A stretch of DNA of 64,000 nucleotides from Octopus sinensis (taxonomy: Eukaryota). Shown one piece after another: positions 62,472-64,000 of this stretch; within the stretch, counting starts at the first letter, position 1, and every line of letters starts with the position of its first letter. The stretch covers positions 168,950,001 through 169,014,000 of the forward strand of contig NC_042997.1 in assembly GCF_006345805.1 (NCBI RefSeq), read 5' to 3'. The translations under genes were made by a program, and so were the position numbers. The notes under the pieces are model-generated. The model was not told the origin of the DNA. It was given only the letters and a program-made list of their open reading frames with translations, and did not search any database.

Positions 62472-62899
62472 AAATACAAAATGGACAAGAACGCAAAACG
62501 GGACAACAAAACATCCAGATAGACGATGCAAAAAAACACGGACGGGTTATTCGAAGCCTTTTATCTTCAGTCAAGAACCGGATCATCCCCGCAATATTCT
62601 TAGTTTTGACTGTGCATGTACGTAAAGTGAAACAGTCCACCGTGACTTAAAGCACGCAACTCAGTATTGTGATCTCTATATTAAAAATGTTGCGTCCATA
62701 CGAAAACAATATCCATGCTGGGGGTGCTGGGGGTAGCAATCATAAGGAATAAGAAGAGGGTTTCAGTTGTAGTATACTAGGAGGCAGAGATAGAGGAGGC
62801 GAATTATCAGTTGCAGTTGTATGGAACCGATTCACCATTCTCTGAAGTGCAGCAGGTACCAGCTACTTTTGTTGCTGTTTAGTCTACGAGTAAGGTTAG

Positions 62900-63330
62900 C
62901 CCTAGTGAACTTTTCCCCATTTGATTGAAAAATTTTTTTCTTGAAACTTCTTGTATGCTCCTTCTAATTGTTTTGACTGTAATTTGGTACCACCGCCATT
63001 TTTAGAAACATTTTTAAAAAATTCTCTCTCAGATTAGATCCCGCAGTAAAGAGATACTGTCTAATTTTACTAATTTTTTTGTTGGGGGTCTAGAAAATGT
63101 GCTGAGTCAAAAAATTTCGAATCTTTTCACTTTGACCGGCAGATTTTAAAAATAATTACTTTGTAACTAAACACTTTTAAACTTTGTATACTGGTAGTGT
63201 GTTACATAAAACATCTTTTTCTCTTGGCTTTCTTAAGAAAATTCTGTTGTTTGTAAGTTATTTGTTGTTTAATTTCTTGCATTTCGGCAATTTCAACCAA
63301 TCAATGACGTCTTTACATGTAGACTGAGCC
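62900..63330. mobile_element. Unclassified AT-rich MITE-like repeat; a similar-style element lies at about 2780-3000
   Basis: TTTCAACCAATCAATGACGTC / CTGATTGGTTAAAAT-type core with AAACTT..GTATAC segments. The family was judged by eye only. Confidence 0.35.
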
Positions 63331-63799
63331 AATATTAACTTTAATACTACTACTATTAGAGGTATTTAAAATGTTTGTCTCCGTGGGAGTGCTGTATGAG
63401 CGCTGTTCACAAATATTCCGAACAGTTTAATACTATCTTTGTCAGCCTGTTCGAAATATTTTTTCTTCTACTAATTGTTTATTAAAATATTCATTCATGT
63501 TCATTCTGTGATGCAATTTGTTTTTATGTTCTCAGTCTCATCTTGTTTGCTGTTGTAAAACTTTTCTTTCTATCAGACATTGTAAAAATAACATATGGTT
63601 AAAATGTTTAAACAAACAGATCTTTATGTATATCTGGATATCGGAGCGGGTCGTTCTCATATAATTATAATTCTTTTTTCTTTTTTTTTTTTTTGGTAAG
63701 AACTCCAACGAAATTTTCAATTGAAAATGCTTGAAGGAAGAGAAAAAGTAAAACGTGTTTTTCACCCTTCGAGAATCAATAATAATCTTTTCAACTACA

Positions 63800-63990
63800 A
63801 ACACTAGGCCTGAATCTTTTGGTATGTAGGGTGGTAGACGATTACATCAACCTCAGTGTTCAACTGGCATTTATTTTTTTCGACCCCAAAAGGATGAAAG
63901 TCAAAGTCGACCTCGGCGGAATTTGAACTCAGTACGTTAAGAGCCGTAAATAATGCCGCTAAGCATTTTGCTTGATGCTCTAACTACTCA
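63800..63990 (-). mobile_element. SINE family B' copy
   Basis: CGACCCCAAAAGGATGAAAGTCAAAGTCGACCTCGGCGGAATTTGAACTCAG core. Confidence 0.8.
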
Positions 63991-64000
63991 GTCAGGTCAC

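Overview
This is AT-rich, repeat-saturated animal genomic DNA, intergenic or deep intronic. The SINE, LINE and Penelope repertoire and the microsatellite load suggest a cephalopod (Octopus-like), but that is an inference. I could not support any intact host protein-coding gene, and most ORF-track entries are microsatellite read-throughs. The window holds a 3-kb Penelope-like element (RT plus GIY-YIG) and a second Penelope 3' end carrying a tRNA-like cassette and a minimal hammerhead ribozyme. It also holds RTE and R4/Dong-type LINE remnants, two bipartite non-autonomous RTE derivatives, three TSD-flanked solo LTRs, an RT-core-deleted Gypsy derivative, an ancient Gypsy relic, mariner/maT elements, MITEs, two non-autonomous Helitrons and at least four tRNA-derived SINE families. 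The most striking unexplained pattern is one SINE family that occurs as TSD-flanked head-to-tail multimers. Their junctions fall at the loop of the SINE's own extended anticodon-like hairpin, compatible with a cleaved and circularised RNA template. All family assignments were made by eye from motifs; no database searches were run.
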